Below, in pieces: positions 42,977 through 58,149 of a DNA stretch of 64,000 bases. A program made the position numbers and the translations under genes. Position 1 is the stretch's first letter. Every line of letters starts with the position of its first letter. The notes below the pieces were generated by a model. It did not search any database, was not told the origin of the DNA, and worked only from the letters and a program-made list of their open reading frames with translations. This stretch comes from Eledone cirrhosa (taxonomy: Eukaryota): assembly GCA_964016885.1 (NCBI GenBank), contig OZ024742.1, positions 209,002,001 through 209,066,000 of the forward strand. The letters are read 5' to 3'.

Positions 42977-43804
42977 ATGCAGCAATGTGCCAGGGCTTTT
43001 TTTTCAAGCTATGACGAGTGCTTCCCGCCGTCAAACAGATACCACAAGATTTTCAACCGCTACATGGTGAAGTTTTCCTTCTCCACAGCACCTAACATGG
43101 CCGACTACATGGCCAAAACCAACGCGGTAAAGATGGGTAACCTCGACCGTCAACCGCGGCGGCAGAATGGCCGTCCGTTGGAGCCCGGAGGACCGGTCTA
43201 CCAACAACAACCCGACCCTCGCGGCGGCCGCCACGCCCGCGGAAGGCGATGCAATCCAACGCCGGGAGGGAACGAGTGGCGGAAGGGAGACTGTGCCGGC
43301 GGAACAACACCCTGATAATCGGGAGAGGGCTCAAGCATATCAAGGGCCAGGCGCCCGAAATGAACAAAATTAACGACAGAACATGTAACTGCAGAGCGGC
43401 ACCCAGTGCCCCCTGCAGGGAAGATCCTGTGAAGGGCCTGGTATATAAATATGTGGTGAGCACGCACAATATAAAGCGCACCTACATCGGCGCAACATCC
43501 ACGATCTTTAAATGGCGGATGTATAACCTCACGAACTCTTTCAAAGACCGCAGTAAGAGATACTCTACTGGTGTGGGACTTGAAAGACAAGGGAACCCTG
43601 TACGCCCTTGACTGGAGTATCGTTCGGAACGCGAATGCATACTCGGCTGGAAGTAGAAAGTGTAGCATATGCCTAAACGAGGCCATGGAAATAGTCAGAC
43701 TGAAGGATGATGCGTTCAACCTGAAATCGGAAATTATCATGACGTGCAGACACCAGAGAAGGTGCACACTCTCCGTATGGAATCCACCGGGAAGCCCAGG
43801 CTAA
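42977..43804 (+). pseudogene. PLE RT-thumb end, linker and GIY-YIG endonuclease remnant
   Basis: FPPSNRYHKIFNRYMVKFSFSTAPN, TCNCR, GLVYK..TYIGATSTIFKWRMYN, WDLKDKG, YSAGSRKCSICLNE, NLKSEIIMTCRH. Frameshifted and GC-rich. Confidence 0.88.
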
Positions 43805-44337
43805 AGGCATACGGCGGAGCGCACGCCTACCAGAGCGGCGAAACGGGTTCAAGGGATCAGACACCATACCCTGACGACAGTATTTGCCCCATCGGGTAAA
43901 CCAAAATAGCCCAAGATGCATACCCGACTCTGCACGTCACCTTAGGCAAGAACATCGCCTGAGCCGGGACAGGTTGACCCGGATTCCACTGACTTTTATT
44001 CAAATACCTTACTCCTATAGGACAACATACCTCTACCACAGTGACATTCATCCACTATGGCCGGTCCACGCACACCCATGGATGTGTACCTTTTCAATCG
44101 AGAATCCATACTCTCCACGTACTCCATTTTGGAACACATATTATTTGTTCCTTATACAGCCCCAAGTGTACATCTCATACTCCTCCTTGTACTATCTCAT
44201 ACGCATACACGTCCCGTCCCTTCTTTTTTATATATCCCTATGTGACGTTATATGTTATATGTATATTTTTAATATATTGTATATTTCTTTTTTATATGTG
44301 TGTATATAAGTATGCGTATATGTATATATATGTGCGT

Positions 44338-44370
<33 letters not shown>

Positions 44371-44541
44371 TATATGTATATGAGTATGTGTATGGATGTA
44401 TGTATATGGTTATATTGTTTCTATATGTGTGTTTACTACAAGATTCATCCTTTAATGTATGACATTATATGTATATTTTAGTATATTGTAGATTTTTTTA
44501 TATATGTGTATGTATGTGTGTGTATGTACACATATGTGTGC

Positions 44542-44658
<117 letters not shown>

Positions 44659-45518
44659 CGTGTATGTATGTATATGGTTATATTGTTTATATTTGTGCAT
44701 GTGTATAACAAGATGCATCCTTTCATGTATGACCCTTGTATAACCCATTGTGTAGCTTTATATGACTTTGTGTGTATATCATATTTGTGTATAGACAGAT
44801 ATATGTATGTATCTTTGTAGACGTGCGTGGGCCTGTATGTAATAGGCGCCTATTTCTAAGAGGGTATATGAGCCAGTGTGTGTGTGTGAGTGTGTGTACG
44901 TGCACTCACTGTAGGGTAAGGGCTTGTTTGTGTGTAAATATATGTGTATATATATATATATACATATATATGTGTGTTTGCGAGTGAATCTGTTTTTGTG
45001 CCTTTATATATGGACATGTGTGTGTATGTGCGTGTGCGTGTCTATGTATATGTCTGTACGTGTTTGTGTATACGAGTATATATACGCGTATGCATGTGTG
45101 TGCGCCTGTGTGCGTGTTCGTGTGTGTGTGTGAGTTGATGTACGTGGGCATGTAGGCAGGCATCTATAGACGCGTATGTCTATAGTTGTATGGGTCCCTT
45201 TGGGTGCGTATGTATAGCGGGAGTATATGCGTACGGATGTTGTTATTTATATGACTGTGTGTGTGTGTGTGTGAGTGTGTGTATATGTATGTATATGTGC
45301 GTGTGAGTGTGAGCCTGGACGGTTGAACTACCAAACCCAGCAGGGATTCATTGAAGTGTGGCAGGAAGGACAGCTGATGGTCAGTGTGACAGTACCTGTT
45401 GGTCAACATTTATGAGGACGTAGAAAAACAACACCCAATAGCAGGACGAGCGAAGAGGGTGTTTTTTTATGCTACAACCCCAGTGAGAAAATTTGATCCG
45501 AAGTTATTAGTGTCCGAA

Positions 45519-45606
45519 GTGTCCGATGAACCTGCAGATCCAGAATCAGACAGATCCATACAATGACAGTGTCTCGAGCTGTCTGCCGGCGAAACAATAG
45601 TAACAC
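45519..45606 (+). ncRNA. Hammerhead-like motif (CCGATGA core variant), 3' pseudo-LTR
   Basis: GTGT-CCGATGA-ACCTGCAGA...TCTGCCGGC-GAAA-CAATAG-TA-ACAC. The consensus of both arms gives a palindromic stem III ACAATTGT. Confidence 0.62.
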
Positions 45607-45762
45607 ACAATAAATTGTGTTCAGATTCATCACTGATTTTTCGTTTTATATTATATCACACTCTGCTCTGTAATAACATAGAGTGCTCAACCAGCATACC
45701 GCCTATGGAAGCATCATAGGTACCATCAGACACACACATATATATATAAATATATATATATA

Positions 45763-45835
<73 letters not shown>

Positions 45836-45837
45836 CA

Positions 45838-45877
<40 letters not shown>

Positions 45878-45912
45878 TATATACATATATATATATACAT
45901 ATATATATATAC

Positions 45913-46009
<97 letters not shown>

Positions 46010-46844
46010 CATATATATATATATACGTATGTCTATACGTTTATAGGTGTATGTTTATATGGATATACTTTTATATTGAATATATATATACTTATATAAT
46101 AAAAGTTACAAATATTTCTACAGATAAATTCGGAAATTAGTAAACCTATTTTCCCAAAGATATGCTAATTACCAATATACCTATTTCTGATGTTTTTATA
46201 TGTTGTTTTAATTTATCTATAGAAACATGAATATAACGCTAGATGAATAATAAATGAGGTGGAAGTGAAAGCAAAATAGAAATAAATTCATAACTATTCT
46301 CAAATATCCCTCCTCTCTCTCTCCCACTCACATATTCTTTTTCTGTCCTACTATGTATCTCCTTTCTCCCCCTCTTCCGTTTTCCTTCTTCTCTTCCTAT
46401 TTGCGCCTGTTCTCTAAGATCAGACGTTTTTCTCTTCGCTCTCTCTCATGTTATTAATACGGATTCAGGGCTTACGCCCGGTCTCATTTTTAACTTCTCT
46501 CTCTTTCCCATTGGTTAGTGCTACTTACATCTACTACTGTCTCGTGTTTTCCCTTCTCTATCGGTATGTTTTGCTTCTGTTTTTTTTTCTTCTGTTTATT
46601 TTCTTGTTCTGCCATTCAATTCACTATCGTCTGTGATATTTGTTGTTGTTGTTTCCTTTCCTAATGAACATACCTGGTAGTTATTAACGCACTGTGGTGA
46701 GATGTACTCTCTTTAATGCTTCGAAACATCAGCGACCCACAACAGAAAGCCGAAGAACGGGAATTGTCCTTATGTTTGTGTTTCTCTTACGTTTTCCAAA
46801 TGATATTTATTAGTAACCCCACAGCACCTTTGTCACATTTAATT

Positions 46845-46875
<31 letters not shown>

Positions 46876-47269
46876 TTGTGTAGATGTGTTGTGTCTGTGA
46901 CCAGTGTATATATGTCAGACACACCCACACGTATGTATATATAAACACACACATACACACATAGAAACATACAAACACACATATATATATAAACACACGC
47001 ATATACATATAAACAAACACACTCATATACAGACACCACTTTACTACGAAAATCAATATCAAAATGTTTCCTTCCCTCCTACAATTATTTTGTCACATTC
47101 TCTCAAAATATTACCCCTTCGCTCATTAAAACATAATAATTTTCTCTATATGCCATTAATTGCCCAATTCTCTCTCACTAGACCAATATTTTCCCTCTCT
47201 CTCACTCTCACAATTCCCCCTCTCTCACTAAATCACAAATCTGTCTCCCCCTCTTAATATCCCACTACA

Positions 47270-47610
47270 TACCTCACTTCACTCAGTCTCACAATTATCC
47301 CTCTTCGTATTCCACTACATAACTCACTCTTTTCCACGCACTTAATTCCACCCCACTCCCTAAGCCACCAAATTCTCTATATCCCACTTTATACCTCACT
47401 CACTCTCTCTCACAATTCTGCCCCACTCCCTAAGCCACCAAATTCTCTATATCCCACTATATACCTCACTCACTCTCTCTCACAATTCCGCCCCACTCCC
47501 TAAGCCACCAAATTCTTTATATCCCACTATATACCTCACTCACTCTCTCTCACAATTCCCCCTCTTACTAGACCATCAAATTCTCTCTCCCTCTCTATGT
47601 CCCACTACAA
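47270..47610. repeat. Minisatellite, ~70-bp unit, about 3 near-identical copies plus decayed flanks
   Basis: CCCCACTCCCTAAGCCACCAAATTCTCTATATCCCACTATATACCTCACTCACTCTCTCTCACAATTC repeated. Confidence 0.9.
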
Positions 47611-49044
47611 TATTTTTTTTATTTTGAAACAACAAATGTTTTTATCATCTGTAAAGAACGACACATTTCTCCATTCCATCCCTCCCTAACCGTTTGAACC
47701 CCTGGTTTATCGGGGAGATCTTTCTTTTTTTTTGTGGTGTGTTTTGTTGAATTATTCCACTGGAGTTTAAAATGTGTGGGTGTTGAAGATGGTGGTGGTG
47801 TAGAGCGTGGTGTTGGTGGTAGTGGTTGTGTAGAGCGTGGTGGTAGTATGGTGTTTGTTTATTTTGAATCTATCTATCTATATACTAGTAATACTCTATG
47901 ATTGTGGGCTTGTCTGTGATTTAATACAGCCAAAACGGCACATATTCGGAAAATACTTTTAAAGGAAGTTGCCCCTGAAATGGGAATACAAATAGAATAA
48001 AATAAGTTTTGTGTAAATCGGAGCACGGGTTCCCAAGATGAGGGTTTTTCCGTGTACGTTCTTAAATAGAGAGAGTGAAAGATAGAGAGAAAGAGATAGC
48101 GGTTGTGAGAGAGTAGTGACTCTGTCATGCTAAAAACGAAAGGTTTCTAAGTGTGTGTGTGTATATATATATAACGAAGGAGTTGTGGTAAGGAACCAGA
48201 TGGACCATAACGCACCAGAGTACTCAATACTTAGGGTAGTAGAGTGGGTATGAAACTGGAAGGCTCATATATATATATATATATGGGCCTTCCAATTTCA
48301 TTTTACATTAAGTACATGTCTCTGTATATTTTAATTAGTAAAACATTATTTTTAAGTTAACATGATTTTTAATAAAATAACCAAGAGGTCGCAAGTGGTC
48401 TAGTATATATATGAACCTACCTTTACCATCTTGGATTCTATCCATCTCGGACCCCATTGGGCTCGTAACAACCCCACCCCACTTCTTACGCTCAGACCCA
48501 CACACGTGCATACACATATCCATGTAACAATACAATACACACCAACAATCACTCTCATATACCAACATACACACACTCACACATATGTATGAACACTCAC
48601 CTCCACCAATAACACAACACCTACACATGCGCAAACGCATCGTAAGGTGCATTCTACCAATTGCAGGTCTGTCTCCCCCTCCCCCAGCACACAAGACCAC
48701 TCTTTTAGATTTTCAATTTTTCTTTTGGGGATTTTTCTTTCTAACTTTATTTTAATTACCTTCTATTTATTCGTATTTTTTATTCTTTAACGTTATATTC
48801 TTTGCACTTAGCCTTTTATGTTATTCTTGATGAAGGGCAAATACCCGATACGTTCACTATGTACTTCATTCTTCCCCCGCCAAATATGAAACTAATACAC
48901 ATCATGTTATTGCATCATACTGTTTGTTCATGTCGTCTTTTCTTCACTTATAAATATATATAGGCTCCAAGAACATCATCTTTGTCCGTTCCCTTGTCGT
49001 TTTAATTTGGATTACCTCAAGAACGTAATCTTATTATGTAAGAA

Positions 49045-49119
49045 GCTGTCTGATGAGATCATGGCACTGTGTAGGCGGAATCGCGTGGCCACTGTCGTCA
49101 TTGAAATATATATCACAAC
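49045..49119 (+). ncRNA. Hammerhead-like motif
   Basis: GCTGT-CTGATGA-GAT...ATT-GAAA-TATATA-TC-ACAAC. Intact core and palindromic stem III; stems I and II are imperfect. Confidence 0.55.
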
Positions 49120-49180
49120 CTTATCAATAAAGGACTTTAACATCTTAAACTACTTCGCATGTTCTTATTCTCTCTCTCTC

Positions 49181-49225
<45 letters not shown>

Positions 49226-49380
49226 TTATATATATATAGAGAGAGAGACAGAGAGAGAGAGCGAGAGAGAGAGAGAGAGAGAGGTTGAGAGACTGAGAGA
49301 GAGAGAATGAGTGAGTGAGAGAGAGAAAGACAGACACACAGTGGACACAGACAAAGAGAAATATATATATATATATATAT

Positions 49381-49750
<370 letters not shown>

Positions 49751-52635
49751 GTGTGCTTGTGTTATACCGGTATGAGTCGTAACATATCTGAGTGTATGTG
49801 CTTTTTTGTACCCTAATCACCATCATTCTCTACAATAACCTCTCAAATATATCCACCTTAATTCTGATAATGAGGCACAAACATAGACATCGTTACAATC
49901 GTCAACACCAACATAACAAAAATACCCCCACAACCATGAAAAATAAAATAGCTTTATTCCAGGAATTATATTTTGCAATTAGTCACTATCGATTTCAATG
50001 CATGCAATCATCAATGATCAACAAACCTGCATACTAAATAAAGCCAAACAAATACCACTAATACCGCCTTCAATACCAAAAATATGGCTAGGAATAATAT
50101 CGTTCTTTTAACTTTCCAGTCATAAGCATCTCATCTTTTTTTAGTTATATATATATTTAAGTTTAAATTGTTTCACATGATTTTCGTTTTCTAAAATCGT
50201 AGGGACGATTGAAGTGTAGATTAGTATTTTGATTCTTGCATTTGAAGGTGACCTTGCAATGATTAATTCCGTTGCCTTGGAAAAATACAAACCTGCTAAT
50301 TTACACCCATACAATCATCCAATGTGTGAATAAGTGTGTTGTGTAGATCTCAACTAGGTGGAGTTATTGTATCAGTAAGTAATGCACCACGCAGGTCTGC
50401 CGACAAATTAAGTCCTTGATATCTATTCGATCAGGACTGGTTGGGGCTACAAAATGTCGACATTTAACTACGACTACTTACTCCATTATGATAATAATGG
50501 GAAAAGGGGGAGGTATCGAGACATCAGTTGTAGTGGTTGCAGTGTTCAGGAATATGGTGATAAAAGAAAAACAGAGGCATATGAATTCCAAGATAAATAG
50601 GACAAATATTGAAGTTATTCTGCGAATGCGAATGATGACAGTGCTAAGAGAAAATGTTTATTACGTATTTAAAATGAAATCATAAAAGATAAAAAGAACA
50701 GAAAAAATATCGATATTGTTTGTCGCCGGCAAGTCTAGCGCAATTATTCAATAACAATCAAGGAAAATGATACATGACTCCGATTATTCCAACAGATAGG
50801 ACAGGGCAATGCTTTCAGAAATATTAATGGCGAATTTAAAGTTGATTTTCAATTGATAATTACACCCCACCTCTACCGTGTTCGCCCCACCCTCACATAC
50901 ACATCTCTTCATTTGCAAGAAATAAGAGAAAAAAACGAAATATTTCAGCTGAAATTATTGTTGAGTAATTTCCATACGTCTATTTAATTCCGTCCAATTT
51001 TCCATCCGATTAGCAGACAGGTTAAATTTTATCGAATTAATGTAGCGTTTAGGGTTATATTTCTATTTCCGACGCTAGAAAATAAGAGAATTGCCTAATC
51101 CCTTGAGTAAATACTGATACGGTTCGATGACAATGTAAACAAGAAAGAAATTGCAATTATATGCAATTATTCTTTTACGTTGGTATTAGTAAGACCAATA
51201 AATAAATAGATAAATTAAAGTAGAAATATTTTTCATCAATGGGGTTAAGCAATGTTGTATATCAATATATAATTCAAATGGCTTGCTGTCTTTATACACA
51301 CAATCATAACAGTAGTAAACCGGGAAATACGTTGGTGTCATAAAAGGCGAAAACGATTTTTCAGTTAATCCTTGGGTTGTATAGTACATACGAATGGTAA
51401 AGATAATTCTTTATTGTTACTCGTTCTTCTTTTCTTTTTTTTCGACTCACAGGCTATTATTCAAATCAGGTTTTTCACTCTTGGTTTCATGTAATTTTTT
51501 TTTCATGCTTTATTATAGAGTTTTAGGCTGCAGAGTTTACGGTCTAATGCTTTGGCGCCAACACTTCCGATATAAACATCCTAGAAATTTACAACATTTT
51601 AATACAGCGTTAATTGTTTGAGTCGTATCATATGGTAATTGCTCTCCAAGCACATGATGAAAATAAAACAAATCAAAACTAATAGTAGTGACATTTTCCA
51701 TTAAAACTCTCTTCAGCGTCTAAACAATGCATACTGCTAATGATTAATTCAATATTACAAAACGCATTGATAATATCGCTTGCTCCAACATTATACAGTA
51801 CAGTTCCATATTTGCTCTGATAGAATAGACCCTCTTCCATAAGTAATCGGTCAAACGAGTTGATTCGATATAATATACTACTAACCTGTCAAGCTAAAGG
51901 TCATACTACATATTCTTCTATGCAGTCTATCTGTCTACAAACAAACCAATAATGTATTCTCCATCTTGTATTTTTCTTATCTCAAGCCATCTCAGGCAAT
52001 TAAATAAATTTACGCCTTTGAAACGACGAGTAATGCAGGAATAAGTTACACTGTTAACATATATACACTCAACTTCTACATTACCTGGTGATTGTACAAA
52101 CACAAATATGTATATGCATGGATGTGTGTGTGTGGGTGTGGGTGTGTATGTGTGTGTGTGTGTGTGTATGTGTGTGTGTGTGTGTGTGTGTGTTTGTGTG
52201 TGTTTGTGTGTGTTTGTGTGTGTGTGTGTGTGTGCACGTGTGGGTGCGTGTGTGTGCGTGTGTGTGTGTGTTTGTATGTGTGAGTGTATGTAAAAGATGA
52301 GGTGAATGAAACCCCCCCAACAAATAACTACTTGCAGGAATATAAATAGAAACAACAGTACAAATAAGCGGCTGAAATACAGATGGAGTACTTTCTAAAA
52401 TACCAACACTAATTTCAAAGCAAACAAATGAAAGAACATTTGCTTGATCGTTTGATCTGCGAAAAATTGTAGCTAAATCTTCCTAATCACACTATGTTAT
52501 CTCTAAAAAGAAAGGACACAACGGACAACGCAGTCTTTCATACACAGAAATAGGATAGCTAAGGATATAATGTCATTTATTAGGTTTTCTTAATCAGTGC
52601 TAACCAGCGTTAACCACCGAGAGTAATAGTACTAA

Positions 52636-52863
52636 CCTCAAGTTTTGAGATATTATTAATAATATAACTGTACACGCAAGCCCGACGATGTTTTGGGATC
52701 GCTGGGTTGGGATAACCCCGGTCTGGTCGAGCAAGAGCAAGAAGAAGACGCGTACGCAACACATATATGTGACCATAAAAATTGCCATTCTGTTCAAACA
52801 CCTCTGATATTTTACTGGAAAAGTAAGATTTATAGCTTTTTTTCTGCTTGTTCATAATACTTC
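52636..52863 (-). other. Candidate host-gene exon
   Basis: Unique, non-repetitive sequence with acceptor TTCCATTTATTTTTCATAG| and donor GAG|GTTAGT. Two frames are open through to the donor. No recognisable protein family. Confidence 0.25.
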
Positions 52864-53212
52864 CTATGAAAAATAAATGGAAGATATGGCGTCACACAGC
52901 CCAATGGGTGCCCAAGCTGGCGACATTGAACAAACGTGTTGCAGTATTATAAGATGTATAATTTATTTGTTAAGTAAACAGCTCAACTGCCAAACAAATA
53001 TATTAATGGTGTTGTAAATGCTACAAATATAGTTTTGTATCATAAATAACATTATATTTATCTCTTGTATTAGCTGAAGTTATCCCGTTGGGTCAAATTC
53101 ATTTAAAAGTAATTTCCAAATAATTAAAAAAATACACAGGAATGTATATAATATAAAATGATATTGGAATCCCACATATATATATGTGTGTGAGTGTGTA
53201 TATACATATATG

Positions 53213-53720
<508 letters not shown>

Positions 53721-53834
53721 TAATTGTAAGTTGTGATGTAGCTATTGCATTCATGTTTTCTATTTAATATTGGTTGGAGTTCATTTATGTTTATTGCCTC
53801 TGTGATTTGTCTATATATATATATATATTTACAT

Positions 53835-56688
53835 ATCATCATCATCAGGTCGACACGTTTCCTCCATCCATCTCTGTCTCTGATAGCGTTTGCCAGTTCT
53901 TCCGCAGTGCATCCAGTATCGTCCTCATATTGCTTGACGTATGTCTTCTTGGGACGACGAGCGTTTCTTGCTCCATGCGATGGACTCCATAACAACACAT
54001 CACCTGCTATTTATTCCTTGCTGCGCCAACAGTGGCCAGCAAATCTGAGTCTCTGTCCACGTATTGACCTGATGATAGCTGGTATATTGCCATAGAGATC
54101 CTTATTTGTTGCGTGTTCCCTCCGTCGTGTGTATGCCCCGTCTAGCTTTTTCTCCAGCTTCGCCGTTCGCGTCCAAGTGATAGAGCCATAAACAAGCACA
54201 TATTCCACAGCAGCTCTGAAGAAATTCCTTTTCAGTTTGGCCGGCAGGTTTGATTTCCATATCTTTTCCATCGCATTCAATAATCCCCAGGCTTTTCCCA
54301 GTCTGATGTTCTGTGGAGGTGATATAGCTACCCAGGTATTTGAAGTCGTCAACTTGCTTGATTATATCGCCATTTAGACTTCGCATACCAACTGAGGAGT
54401 CTTGGTTCAGGCAAATATATTCTGTTTTGCCTGCGTTGACATAGAGTCCGATTTCCTTTGCAACTGATTCGATGTTGTGAAGTAGTGATGTTGCATCCTT
54501 AAGGTAGTCAGCGAGGACCGCTAAATCATCCGCATAGTCAGCATCGGTGATTCTCTGAGCTGCATGGCGTTTACACTTTCGCTTTGTGAGAGTGAAACCA
54601 AGCTCTAAGTTTTCGTCCAGGGCTTTTCTCAATACATAGTCGAGGCAGATGATAAAAATATATGGTGCAAGAGTATACCCTTGGAGTACTCCTGCAATGA
54701 TGTCAAAGAAGTTGGTATCTCCATCAGGTGAGCGCACCATTGCGCGGGCGTTTTTATAGAACATCATGATGGCATTTACTGTTTCCTTTGTCAAGTCGTA
54801 GGCTAGAAGTATCTCTCTCATCCTCCCACGATAGATGAAATCGAATGCTTTTGAAAAGTCAATAAACAGAGTTGCTGGGAGGTTTTTGGCTTTTACGCCC
54901 TCCAAAATACGCCGAATAGTAACTATTTGCTCTTATGTTGATCTGTTGGTGCGGAAGCCATTTTGTTTTTTTCTTAGCAAGGGCTCAATGACAGGTCTTA
55001 TTCTGTCAGACAGCATGAGATTGTATATATTTGCGGCAATTGCGTTTAGTGTTATGCCACGGTAGTTTTTAGCCATTCCAAGATTGCCCTTTTTGGGAAA
55101 AGGGAGTAAACATCCCTCAGTCCATTTGTCTATGGAGAAAACAACCAACCCGACTTGTACACGGAAAGAAAGACATCTTTGCTGGTACACTCAATGTTCA
55201 AACACTCTAGAAAGGCCATAACATCCCTGAACTGATTGCTTCAGCAAGAGCGGCCAACCATGATGTTATCTGTCTTAAGGATCACCGGTTCATACATGAA
55301 GAGCTTGTAACAAAGGAGCAAATATTTGGCAATTGGAGGCTGAGAACCTGCTCAGCTTGGAAAAACAACATGAATGCAGCAAATGGTGGAGTTGGAATGC
55401 TTTTCAGCCCGCGAGCCTATGACGCACTTGTGAGTGTTGAAATGATAACATCAAGGATAATGATAGCTACGTTTAACGGGAATCCTAAAACCACTGTAAT
55501 CTCTTGCTATAGTCCAACAAATGTATGTGACATGGCCGAAGTAGAGAGGTTTTACATGGAACTAACATCACTCACTAGACAAGTCCCGAAACATAATGTT
55601 CTCATCATTGGCGGAGACTTCAACGCGCGTCTTGGACATCTTGATGGATTCAAATTCTCATACCACTCACAAACCAATAGAAACGGTTGTATGCTAAAAG
55701 GTTACTTCTGTGAGAACAATTTACGTTGTCTCAACGCCATATTCCAAAAAAGACCAGGCCAGCGGTGGACACACAAATTTCCAAATGGCGACAAGACACA
55801 ACTAGATTATATGATAATCAATCGAAAATGGAAGAACAGCGCAAAAAACTGCAGAGCATATGACTCATTTGTTAGTGTTGGCTCGGATCATCGCATTGTC
55901 TCGGCCAAGATACGATTAGGTCTCCGAGTGGATAAAGAGAAATCTGCAAATGCTACTCCTTACAACTGGGCAGTTCTGCATACCAATCCTGAGACTTACA
56001 AAACCTTTGTAACCCAACTGAGCAACCGATTTGCTGCCCTACAAGACTCCGCGCCAGCAAATTCGTCAAATTCTACATTTAACCACTTTCAAATGGCATT
56101 CAAAGAGGCAGCGGCCGACACCAGACACCATTCCTTTAAAACCCAAGGTTAAAAAACGAAAACCCTGGGAAACAGAGAGAATACGAGAAAAGCGCAAAGA
56201 GTTGCGAAAAGCTGCAGAATTGAAAGACACTCAACGATCTCCAGAAAACATTAGTAACTTCAATGCTGCTTGTACAGCACTGAAAAGTGAGTATGGAATT
56301 GAGCAAGCCGAATACATGCAGAGAAAGATCAATCATATCTCGAGTACTGTCAGCAATAAGAAGTCTGCTGAAGCCTGGAAAACTGTCAATGAAATTAGTG
56401 GCAGAAAAAGTAGTGACAGAGCCAAACTGAAAGCCTCCAGCCAACTGGCAAAACTGTGGCAACAACATTTTCAGAACCTACTTGGAAAAGCACCACAGAT
56501 CATCGAAGAAGAAATAATACACGTTTTTACAGAAGAACACCAATTCATAAAGGTCCCTTCACTATGGAGGAACTACAGAAGGCAGTGAAAAGTATTGGTT
56601 TACGGAAAAGCGTGCGGACTCGACGAGATCCCAGCTAAAGTGTGGAAGGTACCTAAATTTCACCCAATCCTACTAGAGTTGTGGAATG

Positions 56689-56694
<6 letters not shown>
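53835..56694 (-). mobile_element. Near-complete RTE-like LINE with inverted 5' half
   Basis: Minus 53835-55136 has RT (NYRGITL, QNGFR, FIDFSKAFD, GVLQGYTLAP, YADD, FKYLG, LRFAGH) and a (GAT)n tail. Plus 55137-56694 has APE endonuclease (GTLNV, GVG, YSPT, GDFNA, LDY, SDH) and linker ending GKACGLDEIP..GVY. Confidence 0.93.
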
Positions 56695-56730
<36 letters not shown>

Positions 56731-57032
56731 CAAGAAAGGAGAGTGACATGGTTCGCTATTTAACAAGGGCTTTATTCACATTGCTGACAATTGTTTTTTT
56801 GATCTGACAGGTCTAGAGTTCGCTACTCGCCTAACTTTGCGTCAATTGATCTCCAATACTTTGTTTATAACCAGTCGTTTTCATCATACCACGCGAAAGT
56901 CTAGGGAAACATCTTGTTGAGTCAAACTAAGCCAAAGTAAGCCACTAGACAGAGTACTCTAACTGGACTACATTTAAGTGCACTGCCTATAGCGATAACC
57001 TGTTATCCCATATATATATATAATAATAATAA

Positions 57033-57220
57033 TTGTTTCTACTTTAGGCACAAGGCCAGCAATTACCCAGTACATTACTGGTACTTTATTTTATCGACCC
57101 CGTAAGGATGAAAGGCAAAGTTAACCTCGGCGGGATTTGAACTCAGAATGGCAAGGGCCGTAACTCTATGCGTCAAAGCATGGCGTCCGACCCTCTACCG
57201 GTACTGCCAATCCACCGCCC
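57033..57220 (-). mobile_element. SINE family A, full length
   Basis: Reverse complement of consensus. Confidence 0.93.
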
Positions 57221-57329
57221 TTTATATATAGTAATATTAATAAATTTGAAGACTAAAATCCAAAGAGGGCTCGATAAGGATAAATATATATCAGATATAT
57301 AAGAACCATAGAGCAAATACTTATTAAAA

Positions 57330-57591
57330 TAGGAGAAACGAGACAGCGCAAGCTTAGTAAAATTGGGAAGAGAAAACCATATAATATTGATGGGAATGGA
57401 AGGATGATATACAAATATGTTGTAGTGCGAAAGGAGCATGAGTAACAGAAATAGAAATAGTTCAGTACAGCCTACTGAGGACAGTAAAAGAGTGAATAAG
57501 TATAAAAGGGGACGGGAAAGCTAAATTTAGAAACGAAGACAGGGAGAGAGAGGAAAAGAGAAAGAGAACCATAAGGGTAGAAAGCAGATAT

Positions 57592-57662
<71 letters not shown>

Positions 57663-57812
57663 TATATTTATTAAAATAACAGATTAAAGTTTAAGCAAAG
57701 AATCGCTGCTTTCACCCTTAACGGGATTTCAGAAGATCCCGTTAAGGGTGAAAGCAGCGATTCTTTGCTTAAACTTTAATCTGTTATTTTAATAAATATA
57801 TATATATATATG

Positions 57813-57887
<75 letters not shown>

Positions 57888-58149
57888 ATATCTGCTTTCT
57901 ACCCTTATGGTTCTCTTTCTCTCTTCCTCTCTCTCCCTGTCTTCGTTTCTTAATTTAGCTTTCCCGTCCCCTTTTATACTTATTCACTCTTTTACTGTCC
58001 TCAGTAGGCTGTACTGTACTATTTCTATTTCTGTTACTCATGCTCCTTTCGCACTACAAAATATTTGTATATCATCCTTCCTTTCCCATCAATATTATAT
58101 GGTTTTCTCTTCCCAATTTTACTAAGCTTGCGCTGTCTCGTTTCTCCTA
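57330..58149. repeat. Near-perfect ~820-bp palindrome with 8-nt spacer
   Basis: Centre CTTAACGGGAT-TTCAGAAG-ATCCCGTTAAG. The arms match outward through TA tracts to TAGGAGAAACG / CGTTTCTCCTA. Confidence 0.93.

Noticed and set aside
47270-47610. Regular repeat resembling a CRISPR array
   Set aside because: The units are contiguous with no unique spacers, there are no cas genes, and the context is eukaryotic.
57726-57765. Hammerhead in the palindrome centre (CAGAAGA-TCCC-GTTAA-GGGT-GAAA)
   Set aside because: The core is altered, the stem II closing pair is T-T, and there is no stem I or stem III pairing.
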